Positions 10,337 to 19,853 of a stretch of DNA of 64,000 nucleotides are shown here, in pieces. Numbering within the stretch: position 1 is the first letter of the stretch; every line of letters begins with the position of its first letter. The stretch lies in the NCBI GenBank assembly GCA_963737265.1, contig CAVTRY010000013.1, positions 128,001 to 192,000 on the forward strand. Direction: 5' to 3'. Source of the DNA: an uncultured delta proteobacterium (GTDB lineage Bacteria > Myxococcota_A > Polyangia > Fen-1088). A program made the translations under genes and the position numbers. The notes below the pieces were generated by a model. That model was given only the letters and a program-made list of their open reading frames with translations. It ran no database searches and was not told the origin of the DNA.

Positions 10337-10978
10337 ATGACAAACCCCACGGCCGAAGGCGGCTGGATTGGCCAGTGGTCGCCCGGCATCGGTGACCCGA
10401 ATGTCGCGGGGTGGGTGACCGTGGTTCTCTATGTTGCGGCGGCCTGGACCTGTACAGTCGTGGCACGCAGGCTGCGGCCGCAGGTGAAAACCGGCGAAGT
10501 TCCGCGACGCGAGTTTGCGGCGTGGTGGCTGTTGTCGGTCTTGCTTTGGTCGTTGGCGGTGAACAAGCAGCTCGATTTTCAAACCGCATTTACGGAAATC
10601 GGGCGAATGCTGGCGCGCAAACAGGGCTGGTACGGCAGCCGTGCCCCTGTTCAGAGGGCGTTCATCGGCGGTTTGTGTGGAATTGGGCTGTCATGCGTCG
10701 TCGCATTGCTGGTTGTCCTGCGCGGGCTTGGCGTTGCCGTGAAGGTGGCCGCGCTGGGGATGTGTTTCATCGGGGTCTTCGTGCTCATTCGGGCCAGCTC
10801 GTTTCACCACGTGGACCAATTCCTCGGTCATCGGCTGGTCCACCTACGCATGAATTGGATCCTGGAAATGGGCGGGATTCTCGTCGTTCTCGGCGCCGCT
10901 TTGTCGCGCCGAAAGCTGCAGAAGGGCATCACGGGCCGAGGGCGCGATCGATCTCGCTCGGTGCAAAGCCGCGGATGA
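10337..10978 (+). CDS. Conserved hypothetical membrane protein
   Basis: WSPGIGDP and NKQLDFQT motifs; about five TM segments. Confidence 0.7.
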   Translation: MTNPTAEGGWIGQWSPGIGDPNVAGWVTVVLYVAAAWTCTVVARRLRPQVKTGEVPRREFAAWWLLSVLLWSLAVNKQLDFQTAFTEIGRMLARKQGWYGSRAPVQRAFIGGLCGIGLSCVVALLVVLRGLGVAVKVAALGMCFIGVFVLIRASSFHHVDQFLGHRLVHLRMNWILEMGGILVVLGAALSRRKLQKGITGRGRDRSRSVQSRG

Positions 10979-11630
10979 CGGCTTCACCGATCACCACCAA
11001 GGGCACCTCGTTTCCGCCGTAACTCATGTATTCCGCAAGCGCGGTGGAGTCCGCCTCGATGTCGCGCATGGCGAAGGGAACATCCTTGCCGGCCAGATAC
11101 GATTTGGTCATTTGGCAAGCCTGGCACCAAGACGTTCCGAATATCTTCACCGACGGCTTCTCGCCCACTGCCGGCGGCTTCCCGCTCGCCGCCTGTGCGG
11201 GCTGCGCGGCGGGTATGGCTTTCTTGGGGGGATCGGGCAGTTTGCCAAAATCGATCACGCTGTAACTGCCGGGCCCACCTAGGCGCCCACTTCGCGCAAC
11301 CATGGCGCTGCGGAATGCCGGTGGCACGTCATCCTTGCTGCGCGCCCGAACCAGGTTGCCTCCCGCATCGAGGTAGAGGACTTCGCCACCCAGGCGTTTG
11401 GTGCGCACGTTCCCGGTGTCGCCGGCCTTCGCGGATGAAGAGCGCAACCAGCCGGGCGGCCGGGCGGTCGACGGGATAGGCATGGAATTCCCTGCGGCGC
11501 CCGTGCCCGCATCCTCGATCGAAACCGCGCAACGAAGCTTGGTCTCGGGCCTGCTCCTCTCGCTGCACGCGCCGAGCAAGGACAGCGTTAGCGTGAGATA
11601 AGCTGGCGGGCTGCGGTACCAGGAAGTCAC
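10929..11630 (-). CDS. Lipoprotein with C-terminal glutaredoxin (NrdH-like) domain
   Basis: LGAC lipobox; TSWCQAC redox motif; VPLVVIG...GF; start uncertain. Confidence 0.75.
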   Translation of the reverse strand: MTSWYRSPPAYLTLTLSLLGACSERSRPETKLRCAVSIEDAGTGAAGNSMPIPSTARPPGWLRSSSAKAGDTGNVRTKRLGGEVLYLDAGGNLVRARSKDDVPPAFRSAMVARSGRLGGPGSYSVIDFGKLPDPPKKAIPAAQPAQAASGKPPAVGEKPSVKIFGTSWCQACQMTKSYLAGKDVPFAMRDIEADSTALAEYMSYGGNEVPLVVIGEAVIRGFAPSEIDRALGP

Positions 11631-11831
11631 CCCGTCATTGTCGCCGCTTTTTGCCCGGAGCGCCAACCGCCATCGCGAGACCGCCATCGCGAGACTGTCA
11701 TCGCGAGACGGGCGCACGGCATCGATGACACAGGGCAGCGCCACCCTGCTTCGAGGTCGGCCCCAAGGTCTGATGTCCGATAAATGAGGACCGACTTGGA
11801 CTTCTTTTAGATTGAGCTAGGCTACGAGCTC

Positions 11832-13055
11832 ATGGATGTCCACGATGTTTTGATCGTCGGCGGCGGACCGGCCGGAAGCACCTGTGCGCGTTTCTTGGTA
11901 CGGGCTGGCGCGCGCGTTGCCGTCGTCGATCGCACCGAGTTTCCCAGGGTCAAGCTCTGTTCTGGCTGGCTGTCGACGTCCATCTGGGACGCGCTCGAAT
12001 TGTCCCCGCGCGACTATCCGGGCGGCTCCTGGGAGTGGCAAACCTGCCACGTCCGCTACGCCGACGAGGATCATGCGATTCCGTGCCACGGCTGGTTCAT
12101 TCGCCGCTACGAATTCGACGACTATCTGCTCCGTCGAAGTGGCGCGGAACTGCACCTCGGCGTGGCTGTCGGCGAGATTGCCCGCGACGCCGATGGTTTG
12201 TGGGCGCTCGGCGACCTGCGCGCTCGCTACCTTGTCGGCGCCGGCGGAACCCACTGTCCGGTCGCCCGTCTGTGCGCGCCGCCGCGCCCGATGGGTCCGG
12301 TCGGCGTTCAGGAGCACGAGTTTCGTGCCGATCCCGCCGCGGTGTCGCGCACTCGCCTCGGTCGCGACGGCGAGCCCGAGCTGCTGCTGCACGACGATCT
12401 GTCGGGCTACTCGTGGAACGTGCCCAAGACCGATTGGCTGAACATCGGCTCGGGCACCATCGATCCGAAAGCGGTTCGCGCGGCCTGGCAGACGGCCCGC
12501 GCCTATTTTCGCGCCGCCGGACATGTTCCCGCCGAGGCGGACGCCGATTTGGATTTGATGAAGGGCTACTCGTACTACCTCTACCATCCTGCGCATCTCG
12601 ACGGTGCCGCGCGCGTCGATGGCAACGGCAAGGGTGGCGTATTCCTGGTCGGCGACAGTCTGGGCGTGGCTCAGCCGATTACCGCCGAGGGCATCTTGCC
12701 GTCGGTGACCTCGGGACGAACGCTCGCCGAGGCGATTGTTGCCGGCGATCCCGCGAGCTATCCGGCACGGCTCGCCGCACATCCAGTTATGGAAGACTAC
12801 CGGCGCGTCTTCCGTTTGCGCGAGGCGGCCGGATCGCTACGCCGGCGCTCTTCCGCGTCTTCGTCGTCTTCGCCAAGGCAACCAACCCAACCCAGGCGCG
12901 GGGCGATCGCGCGATCTGCCAGGCGGGCGATGACATCCGGTTTCGCTTGGCTGTTTTCTGGGTCGCGTTTACCCGCGCCCCGACTCATCGACCTCGCCCT
13001 CGCCGGGGCCGACTGGTGGACAGGCAAACGCAACCAGCAAGGAGGGCCAGCATGA
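11832..13055 (+). CDS. FAD-dependent oxidoreductase, geranylgeranyl-reductase-like
   Basis: DVLIVGGGPAGS Rossmann motif, FPRVKLC, LVGDSLG...AEGI. Confidence 0.85.
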   Translation: MDVHDVLIVGGGPAGSTCARFLVRAGARVAVVDRTEFPRVKLCSGWLSTSIWDALELSPRDYPGGSWEWQTCHVRYADEDHAIPCHGWFIRRYEFDDYLLRRSGAELHLGVAVGEIARDADGLWALGDLRARYLVGAGGTHCPVARLCAPPRPMGPVGVQEHEFRADPAAVSRTRLGRDGEPELLLHDDLSGYSWNVPKTDWLNIGSGTIDPKAVRAAWQTARAYFRAAGHVPAEADADLDLMKGYSYYLYHPAHLDGAARVDGNGKGGVFLVGDSLGVAQPITAEGILPSVTSGRTLAEAIVAGDPASYPARLAAHPVMEDYRRVFRLREAAGSLRRRSSASSSSSPRQPTQPRRGAIARSARRAMTSGFAWLFSGSRLPAPRLIDLALAGADWWTGKRNQQGGPA

Positions 13056-14206
13056 CCGAGACTGCGCGAAGGCTACTATCCGTCCTCGACGATAGACGCG
13101 CCGCCGAGACGATGTTGGAGCTGCTCAAGCGCGCTGGCATCACGGTCGGTGGCGAGGCCCCCTGGGACATTCAGGTTCACGACGAGCGGGTCTACACCCG
13201 CGCCCTGCGCGACGGCACGTTGGGCGTCGGCGAGTCGTATATCGAGGGATGGTGGGACTGCCAGGCCATCGACCAAATGCTCGAACGTCTGATTCGGGCA
13301 CGCGTCGATTCCTTGCTGCGAGAAAGCTGGATCCTCCTGGCCAACGCTGTTCGCTCGCGCATCCTCAACCTGCAGGCCACGCGCGCCTTCGAAGTGGGCA
13401 AGCGTCACTACGACGTTGGTAACGACCTCTACCAAGCGATGCTCGGGCCAAGCATGATGTACACCTGTGCGTATTGGAAGAATGTCGACAATCTCGACGC
13501 CGCACAGGAAGCCAAGCTCGATCTTGTCTGCCGAAAGATCGGCGCCTGCCCGGGCATGCGAATCCTCGATCTCGGGTGCGGCTGGGGCGGCTTCGCGCGC
13601 TTCGCCGCCGAACGCTTCGGGGCCAGCGTCGTCGGCTACACGGTTTCGCGCGAGCAATGCGCGTGGGCCGAGGAACACTATGCGAAGCTCCCGATCGAGG
13701 CTCGCCTCGATGACTACCGCAATGCGAGGGGCAGCTACGATGCCGTTGTCTCCATCGGTCTCATGGAGCACGTCGGGCCCAAGAATTATCGATCCTACAT
13801 GGAGCTGGCCTCGCGCTGTCTTTCGCCCGGCGGGATCGTGTTTGTCCACACCATCGCCGGTTCCCAGCCGCGCACGCAAATCGATCCTTGGTACCAGAAG
13901 TACATTTTCCCCAACGCCGTCGTTCCCACCCTCGGCCAGCTGGCCACCGCCATGGACGAAATCCTGGTCGTCGAGGACGTGCAGAACATAGGTCCGCACT
14001 ACGACCGCACCCTCATGGCGTGGTGGAGTAACTTCGACCGCGCCTGGCCCAGCTTGCGCGACCGCTACGGCGACCACTTCTACCGCATGTGGAAGTTCTA
14101 CCTTCTGACCAGCGCGGCTGAATTCCGCGCTCGCGACCTCAACCTCTTCCAAATCGTGGCGACCGCGCGTGGCATGCCGCAGCCGCCGACGATCCGCGCA
14201 AGCTGA
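13052..14206 (+). CDS. cfa: Cyclopropane-fatty-acyl-phospholipid synthase
   Basis: HYDVGNDLY, YTCAYW, LDLGCGWG, EHVGPKNY, YIFP motifs; ATGA overlap and RBS aaggag. Confidence 0.92.
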   Translation: MTETARRLLSVLDDRRAAETMLELLKRAGITVGGEAPWDIQVHDERVYTRALRDGTLGVGESYIEGWWDCQAIDQMLERLIRARVDSLLRESWILLANAVRSRILNLQATRAFEVGKRHYDVGNDLYQAMLGPSMMYTCAYWKNVDNLDAAQEAKLDLVCRKIGACPGMRILDLGCGWGGFARFAAERFGASVVGYTVSREQCAWAEEHYAKLPIEARLDDYRNARGSYDAVVSIGLMEHVGPKNYRSYMELASRCLSPGGIVFVHTIAGSQPRTQIDPWYQKYIFPNAVVPTLGQLATAMDEILVVEDVQNIGPHYDRTLMAWWSNFDRAWPSLRDRYGDHFYRMWKFYLLTSAAEFRARDLNLFQIVATARGMPQPPTIRAS

Positions 14207-14341
14207 CATTTTTGTAACGCGCGTATCTCCCGTGTAACAATTGTTGCGAACGGTAGGCTGCCGACGGTGGCGGTGTAGTGAAACCTCCCAGGATTGGTGG
14301 CATCCGAACAGATGTAACCAGTCGACTTCGGAGGTTCAACG

Positions 14342-14926
14342 ATGTCCGCTTATGCGTTCATTCTTATTTCCGCCCTAGCCCAATACGCGCCCGCTTCCAT
14401 CGAGCCGCCCTTTTGTCCTGCCCCTGCCGTCGGCGAGCCGGACGCGCCGCAGATGCTCAAGCCGGCGCCAGTCTTGGCGAAGGCCTGCCGGGCCCCGGGT
14501 GCGGTTTGTGTGTTCGCGGGTGGCACCGACACCTACAGCGACGAGCGCGAAGCATCGCGCGAAGCATCGCCAGGGACTTCCGCCCTGGTTCTCAAACGAA
14601 GCTTTCACGTGGCCAGCATGGGTGCGGCGGCGCCGCCAGCCAACCAGCCTTGGCAAGTCGAGATTGTGGCGCGATTCAAGGAAGCCTCCGCGGTAGAGCC
14701 CATCCAGGTCGTGTTGCTCGACAAGAGCGATCCCGACGCCATTGCCAACAAAGAGGCAGTTCTGATCTGGGATGTCTACACCCTCCCGACCAAGCTGCTG
14801 GCCATGCGCTTCGAGCTGCGCCCGGAGGTCGGCTTCTTGCCAGGCCACAGCTACCTGTTGCGCCTGGTTCAAACGAACAAATCCGGCGAGAAGATTCTGG
14901 CAGACGGCGAGGTGAACCTGGAGTGA
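14342..14926 (+). CDS. Hypothetical secreted protein
   Basis: RBS ggagg; N-terminal hydrophobic segment; beta-rich C-terminus. Confidence 0.6.
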   Translation: MSAYAFILISALAQYAPASIEPPFCPAPAVGEPDAPQMLKPAPVLAKACRAPGAVCVFAGGTDTYSDEREASREASPGTSALVLKRSFHVASMGAAAPPANQPWQVEIVARFKEASAVEPIQVVLLDKSDPDAIANKEAVLIWDVYTLPTKLLAMRFELRPEVGFLPGHSYLLRLVQTNKSGEKILADGEVNLE

Positions 14927-15005
14927 TTTGCGCTCTTTGCGCCCTCGGCGATTTTTCACGCGTCGCGAGATTCCGTTGCGTGGCCGGCGTGATAGGTTTT
15001 CGGGC

Positions 15006-15395
15006 ATGCCGCTCGTCAAGATTCATCGCCGCGTTGGCCACCCAGCCGTTCAGAACGAACAGATCATGGCCGCGGTTCACGATGCCCTGGTCGCCGCGTT
15101 TCGCATACCGGAACACGACCGAACGCACCTGCTGGTCGAACATGACAGCGAGCACTTTCACATTGCTCCCGATCGCACGACCGCGTTCACTCTGATCGAA
15201 ATCACCGCCTACCCAGGGCGAACCGCCGAGGCCAAACGCAATCTCTATCGCGAAATTGGGGATCGTCTGGCGCGAATCGGAGTTCCTGTCGCCGATTTGT
15301 TCGTGATCCTCAGCGAACCTGCCCTTGAAAACTGGAGCGTTCGCAACGGCGCATCCGCCCTGGACGTGCCGCCGGGCTTCAAGCTCACGGTGTAG
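15006..15395 (+). CDS. Tautomerase-family protein
   Basis: Starts M-P (catalytic Pro1); GRTAEAKRNLY and ENWSVRNG motifs. Confidence 0.85.
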   Translation: MPLVKIHRRVGHPAVQNEQIMAAVHDALVAAFRIPEHDRTHLLVEHDSEHFHIAPDRTTAFTLIEITAYPGRTAEAKRNLYREIGDRLARIGVPVADLFVILSEPALENWSVRNGASALDVPPGFKLTV

Positions 15396-15509
15396 GCCCC
15401 AATCCCGCGGCAAGCGCAGCGACGTCGCGCGGAAGGCGGCAGAAAAAGGGCGCCTTTCCAGGATGGACGCGTCACCCAGTTGGAGCGATGAAGGGTGGTC
15501 GTAAACGTC

Positions 15510-15578
15510 GTCGTGGTCATGGCCCTGGCTGTGGCCGACGAAGATCACTCCGGCCACGGCCACGGCCAGGACCACGGC
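15510..15578. repeat. Hairpin built from hexamer tandem repeats
   Basis: 28-nt arms 15510-15537 and 15551-15578 (gtggcc / ggccac units), 24/28 complementary plus 2 G-U. Confidence 0.75.
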
Positions 15579-15621
15579 CCTCTGCGCCTATCGCGAAATT
15601 ACGGTGTAGGCTTTCACGGCA

Positions 15622-17097
15622 GTGCAGCTCCACCCATCCGAGACGCCAGTTCGCTCGAACGCCAATCTGTCGCCTGGGGCACTGCCCTGGGTCGTCTTGC
15701 TGTCGGCCGCCGGGGTGCTGGCGGCCCACCGGCCTGTCTCCTTCGACCTATTTTGGTATTTGCGTGCCGGAGATGAGATCCTGGCCCGGCACGCGCTCCC
15801 CACCCGCGATCCATTTTCGTACACGTCGTTTCAACCGTGGATTAATCACGAGTGGCTGGCCGAAGTTCTGCTGGCATTGATCCATCGCGCCGCCGGCATG
15901 GCCGGCCTGGTGCTGTCGCAAAGCCTTTCCGTGGTGGCGGCGCTGGTCCTTGTGCTTCCGCCGCGCGGGCGGCGGGCGGTACCTTGGCGTGCGTGGGTCG
16001 GAGTGGCGGGTACCGGCGCAGCGCTGGCGATCGCGGCCGAGCTGCGGGCTCAGCTGTTCTCGTGGATTCTCTTGGCCGCGACCCTGCGTCTTTGCCTCGA
16101 CGACATCGATCGCCCATCGCCCCGTCTTTTCCTTGCCTGGCCCATCGAGATTCTTTGGACGAATCTGCATGGCGGCAATCCCACCGGAATTGCGCTTGTG
16201 GGCCTGCTCCTCCTGGCCAGACCTTCCTGGCGCCGCCTATGGGTTGTCCTTGGCTCGATCATTCTTACCCTCGCCAATCCCTACGGAATTCTAGTTCACA
16301 ATCATTTCCTCGGGGCGCACGGCTCGCTGCCCGAGATTCGCGAGTGGCATTCGTTGGTGCAGGCGCTGGCTCTTCACTCGGTGTCGACCGTAGCCGCGTT
16401 TCTCGTCGGCCTGCTGGCCGTGCTGTCGCTGCTTCTGCCCGGCAACTGGAGGCGGCGTTTTCGCGAGCAGGAAGGCTTTCGTTTCTGGACGCTTGCCCTG
16501 TCGCTATTCGCGCTCGTGGCGGCGCTGTATGCGCGTTTTGCGCTCAACCTCGCCTTGCTCGCGGCCGCCTTCTTAGCGCGCACATCGCCGCCGTCTGACA
16601 CTGCTCGGGCGCCGTCGGTCGCGAGACGGCTTGTCGGCCCACTCGCAGGTCTCTGCCTCATGCTGGCCGCGCATCTCCTGTCACCCGGTCATCTTGGTTT
16701 CTTCCCCGAGCGCGGCCGTTTCCCCGAGGGCGCGGTCGCCTTCTTGCGCCAGCACCACCCGCCTGGGCCGATGTTGAATAGCTACAATTTTGGCGGCTAT
16801 TTGCAGTGGACCTACCCCGACGAGAAGGTCTTCATCGATGGCCGCGCTTTCACGGTGTATTCCGAGTCCCAGTTTCGCCAGGTGCTGCGCCTGTACGACC
16901 AGCCGACTTTCTTTCGCGAGCTGGAACGGCGCTGGCATTTTCGTCTGGCCGTGCTTCAGCGAGCCGGCCGCGGTGCCAACTTTCTGTCCTGGCTGCGGCA
17001 ACAGCCGGACTGGCACGTGGTCTACGAGGACGCCGTCGCCACCGTTCTGGTCGCCACGTCCCCAACCATCACCACGACTCGGCCAACGGAAGAATAG
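15622..17097 (+). CDS. Polytopic membrane protein, GT-C glycosyltransferase-like
   Basis: DLFWYLRAG, WINHEWL, WTNLHGG, ANPYG, GGYL...VFIDGR motifs; many TM helices and a soluble C-terminal domain. Confidence 0.65.
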   Translation: MQLHPSETPVRSNANLSPGALPWVVLLSAAGVLAAHRPVSFDLFWYLRAGDEILARHALPTRDPFSYTSFQPWINHEWLAEVLLALIHRAAGMAGLVLSQSLSVVAALVLVLPPRGRRAVPWRAWVGVAGTGAALAIAAELRAQLFSWILLAATLRLCLDDIDRPSPRLFLAWPIEILWTNLHGGNPTGIALVGLLLLARPSWRRLWVVLGSIILTLANPYGILVHNHFLGAHGSLPEIREWHSLVQALALHSVSTVAAFLVGLLAVLSLLLPGNWRRRFREQEGFRFWTLALSLFALVAALYARFALNLALLAAAFLARTSPPSDTARAPSVARRLVGPLAGLCLMLAAHLLSPGHLGFFPERGRFPEGAVAFLRQHHPPGPMLNSYNFGGYLQWTYPDEKVFIDGRAFTVYSESQFRQVLRLYDQPTFFRELERRWHFRLAVLQRAGRGANFLSWLRQQPDWHVVYEDAVATVLVATSPTITTTRPTEE

Positions 17098-17127
17098 ATC
17101 CGCGCCAGCGCGGCGCGAGATGTCTAC

Positions 17128-18813
17128 TCACGGGTACAGGCCGTCGACAATTCCGTTGATGTACTTCTCGATGTTGGTGTAGCCGGTCTTGTCGAAGTCG
17201 CCGGTGGCGTCGGAGGGGTCGTTGGGATTCAGGCCGTACTTGGTTTCCCAGGCATCCGGCATGCCGTCCTTGTCGGTGTCGACGGGTGCGGTTCCGCCCG
17301 CCAGTGTCCCGTAGCCGCTGTTGGCGAGACCTGTCGCGGTTTGGTCCGTCCACAGCGAGCCGGACTTTCCCAGCGACTTCACGTCGGCGACTACGAGCGC
17401 ATCGACCTGATCGCGGTGCAATGACGCGCCGGCGCCGGTCACAACGGTGGCGTATGCGTCCGCCGCGCTCGTGGTCGGCATGGTTGCGGTATCCGCAGAG
17501 CTTGCCGCGTTCGCTTTGGTCGTGCCCCCCGGAGAACCTGCATCCGTACCGTTGAGCGTGCCATCCTTGTCGCTGTCTAGGAGATTCCCCTTGACGTACA
17601 CCGTTTGCCCGCTGTTCATTTGGAAATAATCGTCCCCGGGACTGCTCGTCGACGGGCCCGCGATGAAGTAGTTGTTGACAAGGTCGTGCCAGAACACGCC
17701 GCTGGTGTCCCCGGCACAATAGGCGTACCCGTAGTTGTAGACCACATTGTTGACGAACTGGGTGTTGGACTTGGCCAGGGGCTGCCGACCATGGGCGTTG
17801 GCCCACAGGCTGCCGTACCAGCTGAAGAAGCCCCCGGTCATCTCGGTGTGCGCCCCGAACTGTTGCCCGGTCGGATCTGCGACGATGGAGTTCTGCACGG
17901 TGACATTGGTCGCCCCCACCGCGTCGATGCTGTCGTACTGCGCGAACTCGATGGAAACGTGGTCGAAGATCAGGTTACTGCCATCGAGCAGATTGATTCC
18001 GCTCTTCTTGGCGCCGGCGGCGCCGGTATCGAGCAGGCCTTGGCGGAAGCGCACGTAGCGCACAATCACGTTCGACGAGGCGTCGAACGAGACCTCGCGC
18101 CCCATGAAGCCGATGCCGTCGCCGGGCGCGGTTTGCCCCGCGATGATCAAGTCGCTCTTGACCGACACGGGCGTTTGCAGATTGACGTAGCCGCCGACAT
18201 CGAAGACCACAATGCGGTTTCCCTTGCCGACGGCGTCGCGGAAGGATCCGGCGCCGGCGTCGCTCAAATTGGTGACGTGATAGACGGCGCTGCCGCGTCC
18301 GCCGGTTGCTTTCTTGCCAAACCCGAGCGCGCCGGGGAATGCGAGAGCCGGCCCAGTGGCGCCCGTCGCGCCGCCCGCGCTGGATCGGCCGCCTGCGCCC
18401 GAGGCGCCGCCTACGCCCGAGACACCGCCTTGTCCGCTCGCGCCTCCCGAGCCCGTCGCTCCCCCCGAGCCAGTCGCACCACCTGTTCCGGTCGTGCCGC
18501 CCTTGCCGGTCGTCGTACCGCCCGTACCGGCTGCAACGCCGGCCGAACCTCCGCGGCTCGTCGCGCCGCCGGAACCGATCTCACCGCCCAAAGCAGCGCC
18601 ACCAGAGACAGTCGCGCCGCCCGTCCGTGTCGTTCCACCGTTACCTGGGCTGCCTCCGCTTGCAACGACGCCACCCGTGCCCGAGCTTCCCGCCAGCGCG
18701 CCCCCCGAGGTGGCGTTCTCGCCAGTGGCAGTTGCGCCGCCGTTACCCGAGCACGCGCTGACGAGACCGATGCTCAGTGTCGCAGCTCCCAAGAGATATC
18801 GTCTGTTTGTCAT
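17128..18813 (-). CDS. Pectate lyase (PL1-like) lipoprotein with Gly-rich linker
   Basis: VSAC lipobox; AFPGALGFG..ATGGRG, VTNLSDAGAGSFR, IAGQTAPG; C-terminal DTDKDGMPDAWE. Confidence 0.85.
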   Translation of the reverse strand: MTNRRYLLGAATLSIGLVSACSGNGGATATGENATSGGALAGSSGTGGVVASGGSPGNGGTTRTGGATVSGGAALGGEIGSGGATSRGGSAGVAAGTGGTTTGKGGTTGTGGATGSGGATGSGGASGQGGVSGVGGASGAGGRSSAGGATGATGPALAFPGALGFGKKATGGRGSAVYHVTNLSDAGAGSFRDAVGKGNRIVVFDVGGYVNLQTPVSVKSDLIIAGQTAPGDGIGFMGREVSFDASSNVIVRYVRFRQGLLDTGAAGAKKSGINLLDGSNLIFDHVSIEFAQYDSIDAVGATNVTVQNSIVADPTGQQFGAHTEMTGGFFSWYGSLWANAHGRQPLAKSNTQFVNNVVYNYGYAYCAGDTSGVFWHDLVNNYFIAGPSTSSPGDDYFQMNSGQTVYVKGNLLDSDKDGTLNGTDAGSPGGTTKANAASSADTATMPTTSAADAYATVVTGAGASLHRDQVDALVVADVKSLGKSGSLWTDQTATGLANSGYGTLAGGTAPVDTDKDGMPDAWETKYGLNPNDPSDATGDFDKTGYTNIEKYINGIVDGLYP

Positions 18814-18882
18814 GGTGCCGCAGGTGCGGAACGCTGGGTTCATGCGGGTAGTATGGCCTACCGGCGGGGCGTTAGGCCACAC

Positions 18883-19004
18883 GCTACAGGCCGCAGGCTG
18901 CAGGCTACAGGCTGCAGGCTAGGCGGCGCTCGGCTCTGATCGCCGCTCTCGGCCAGAGGACCTGAAGCCCGAAGCCTGGAGCCTAAAGCCTATAGCCTGT
19001 AGCC
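18883..19004. repeat. Inverted arrays of 7-bp tandem repeats
   Basis: About 5 ctRcagg-like units at 18883-18923 and about 6 cctNNag-like units at 18961-19004, mutually complementary. Confidence 0.8.
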
Positions 19005-19039
19005 TTGGCTTGCGGGCGAAGCCCGCGCTGCGGGCAGAG

Positions 19040-19786
19040 TCACCTCGGCCCGGCGCTGGGCTTGATGATCGTCAAGTTGTGACAGGCGCCACTTTCGCCG
19101 CCCTTGCAGGCCTTGCCGAACAGTTCGGCGGCGTGTGCATCGTCTTGGGCGAGTCCGCACTGGCCTTGGTGGTAGCAGACGCCTAGGTTGTTGCAGGTGC
19201 TCATCTCTCCGCCGGCACACGCCTTTTCGTAAAGCGAGACCGCGCGCAGGCCATTCTTGGGCAGCCCGCACCCGCCGAATTCGTAGCACACGCCGAGCTG
19301 TCCGCACGAGCCCATGTCGCCGCCGTCGCAGGCCTTGTGAAATAGGTCGACGCCGTGGGCGCCATCCTTGCTCACGCCGCAGGTGCCGGTCCAGTAGCAA
19401 GTTCCAAGCAGTGCGCAGGCGGCCATTTCGCCGGCGTCGCAAGCCTTTTGGTAAAAGACGCTGGCGCGTGGATCGTCTTCATCGAACGTCGGCATTCTGT
19501 GGGTGTTGAGCGCAACGATCCTGTAGACGCAGAAGATCGCCAGGAGAGTAGCCGCGGCCGCGCTGCCTAGCTGCATCGGCCAGGCCATCTCCCGCCTTCG
19601 CTGACCCACCAGCGCCATGGCGAGTGCCAGCACGAAGAGACCGAGGGCGATCTTGCGTGCGACCTGAATGAAGTAGATGGGCGCGCCGAGAGGTGCGTGC
19701 GCGAAGGGCAGAAAGCATCCCATGATCGCCGCGATCGCGACAACGGCTATCACTGTGCGTTGTCTGTGCATCTTTCTTCCCGACAA
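19040..19786 (-). CDS. Membrane-anchored Cys-rich Sel1-like repeat protein
   Basis: About three N-terminal TMs; four KAC.GG....C..LG repeats. Confidence 0.85.
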   Translation of the reverse strand: MSGRKMHRQRTVIAVVAIAAIMGCFLPFAHAPLGAPIYFIQVARKIALGLFVLALAMALVGQRRREMAWPMQLGSAAAATLLAIFCVYRIVALNTHRMPTFDEDDPRASVFYQKACDAGEMAACALLGTCYWTGTCGVSKDGAHGVDLFHKACDGGDMGSCGQLGVCYEFGGCGLPKNGLRAVSLYEKACAGGEMSTCNNLGVCYHQGQCGLAQDDAHAAELFGKACKGGESGACHNLTIIKPSAGPR

Positions 19787-19853
19787 CCTGTGGCTCCCAG
19801 GTTGATCGTTACCTCCCGTTTACATCGGCGATCGCGCCGGGAAGTTGAACGTG

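Noticed and set aside
12035-13051. N-terminal extension of the 723-aa cfa ORF
   Set aside because: Alternative frame of the oxidoreductase; cfa starts at 13052 after a clear RBS.
14314-14340. GTAACC as a fourth ECF promoter
   Set aside because: No CGTA or CGAA 16 nt downstream.
14676-15575. His-rich minus-strand ORF (GHDHDDVYDH)
   Set aside because: Arises from the hexamer hairpin and lies antisense to two credible genes.
18883-19004. Possible CRISPR array
   Set aside because: 7-bp degenerate tandem units with no unique spacers; no cas genes in the window.
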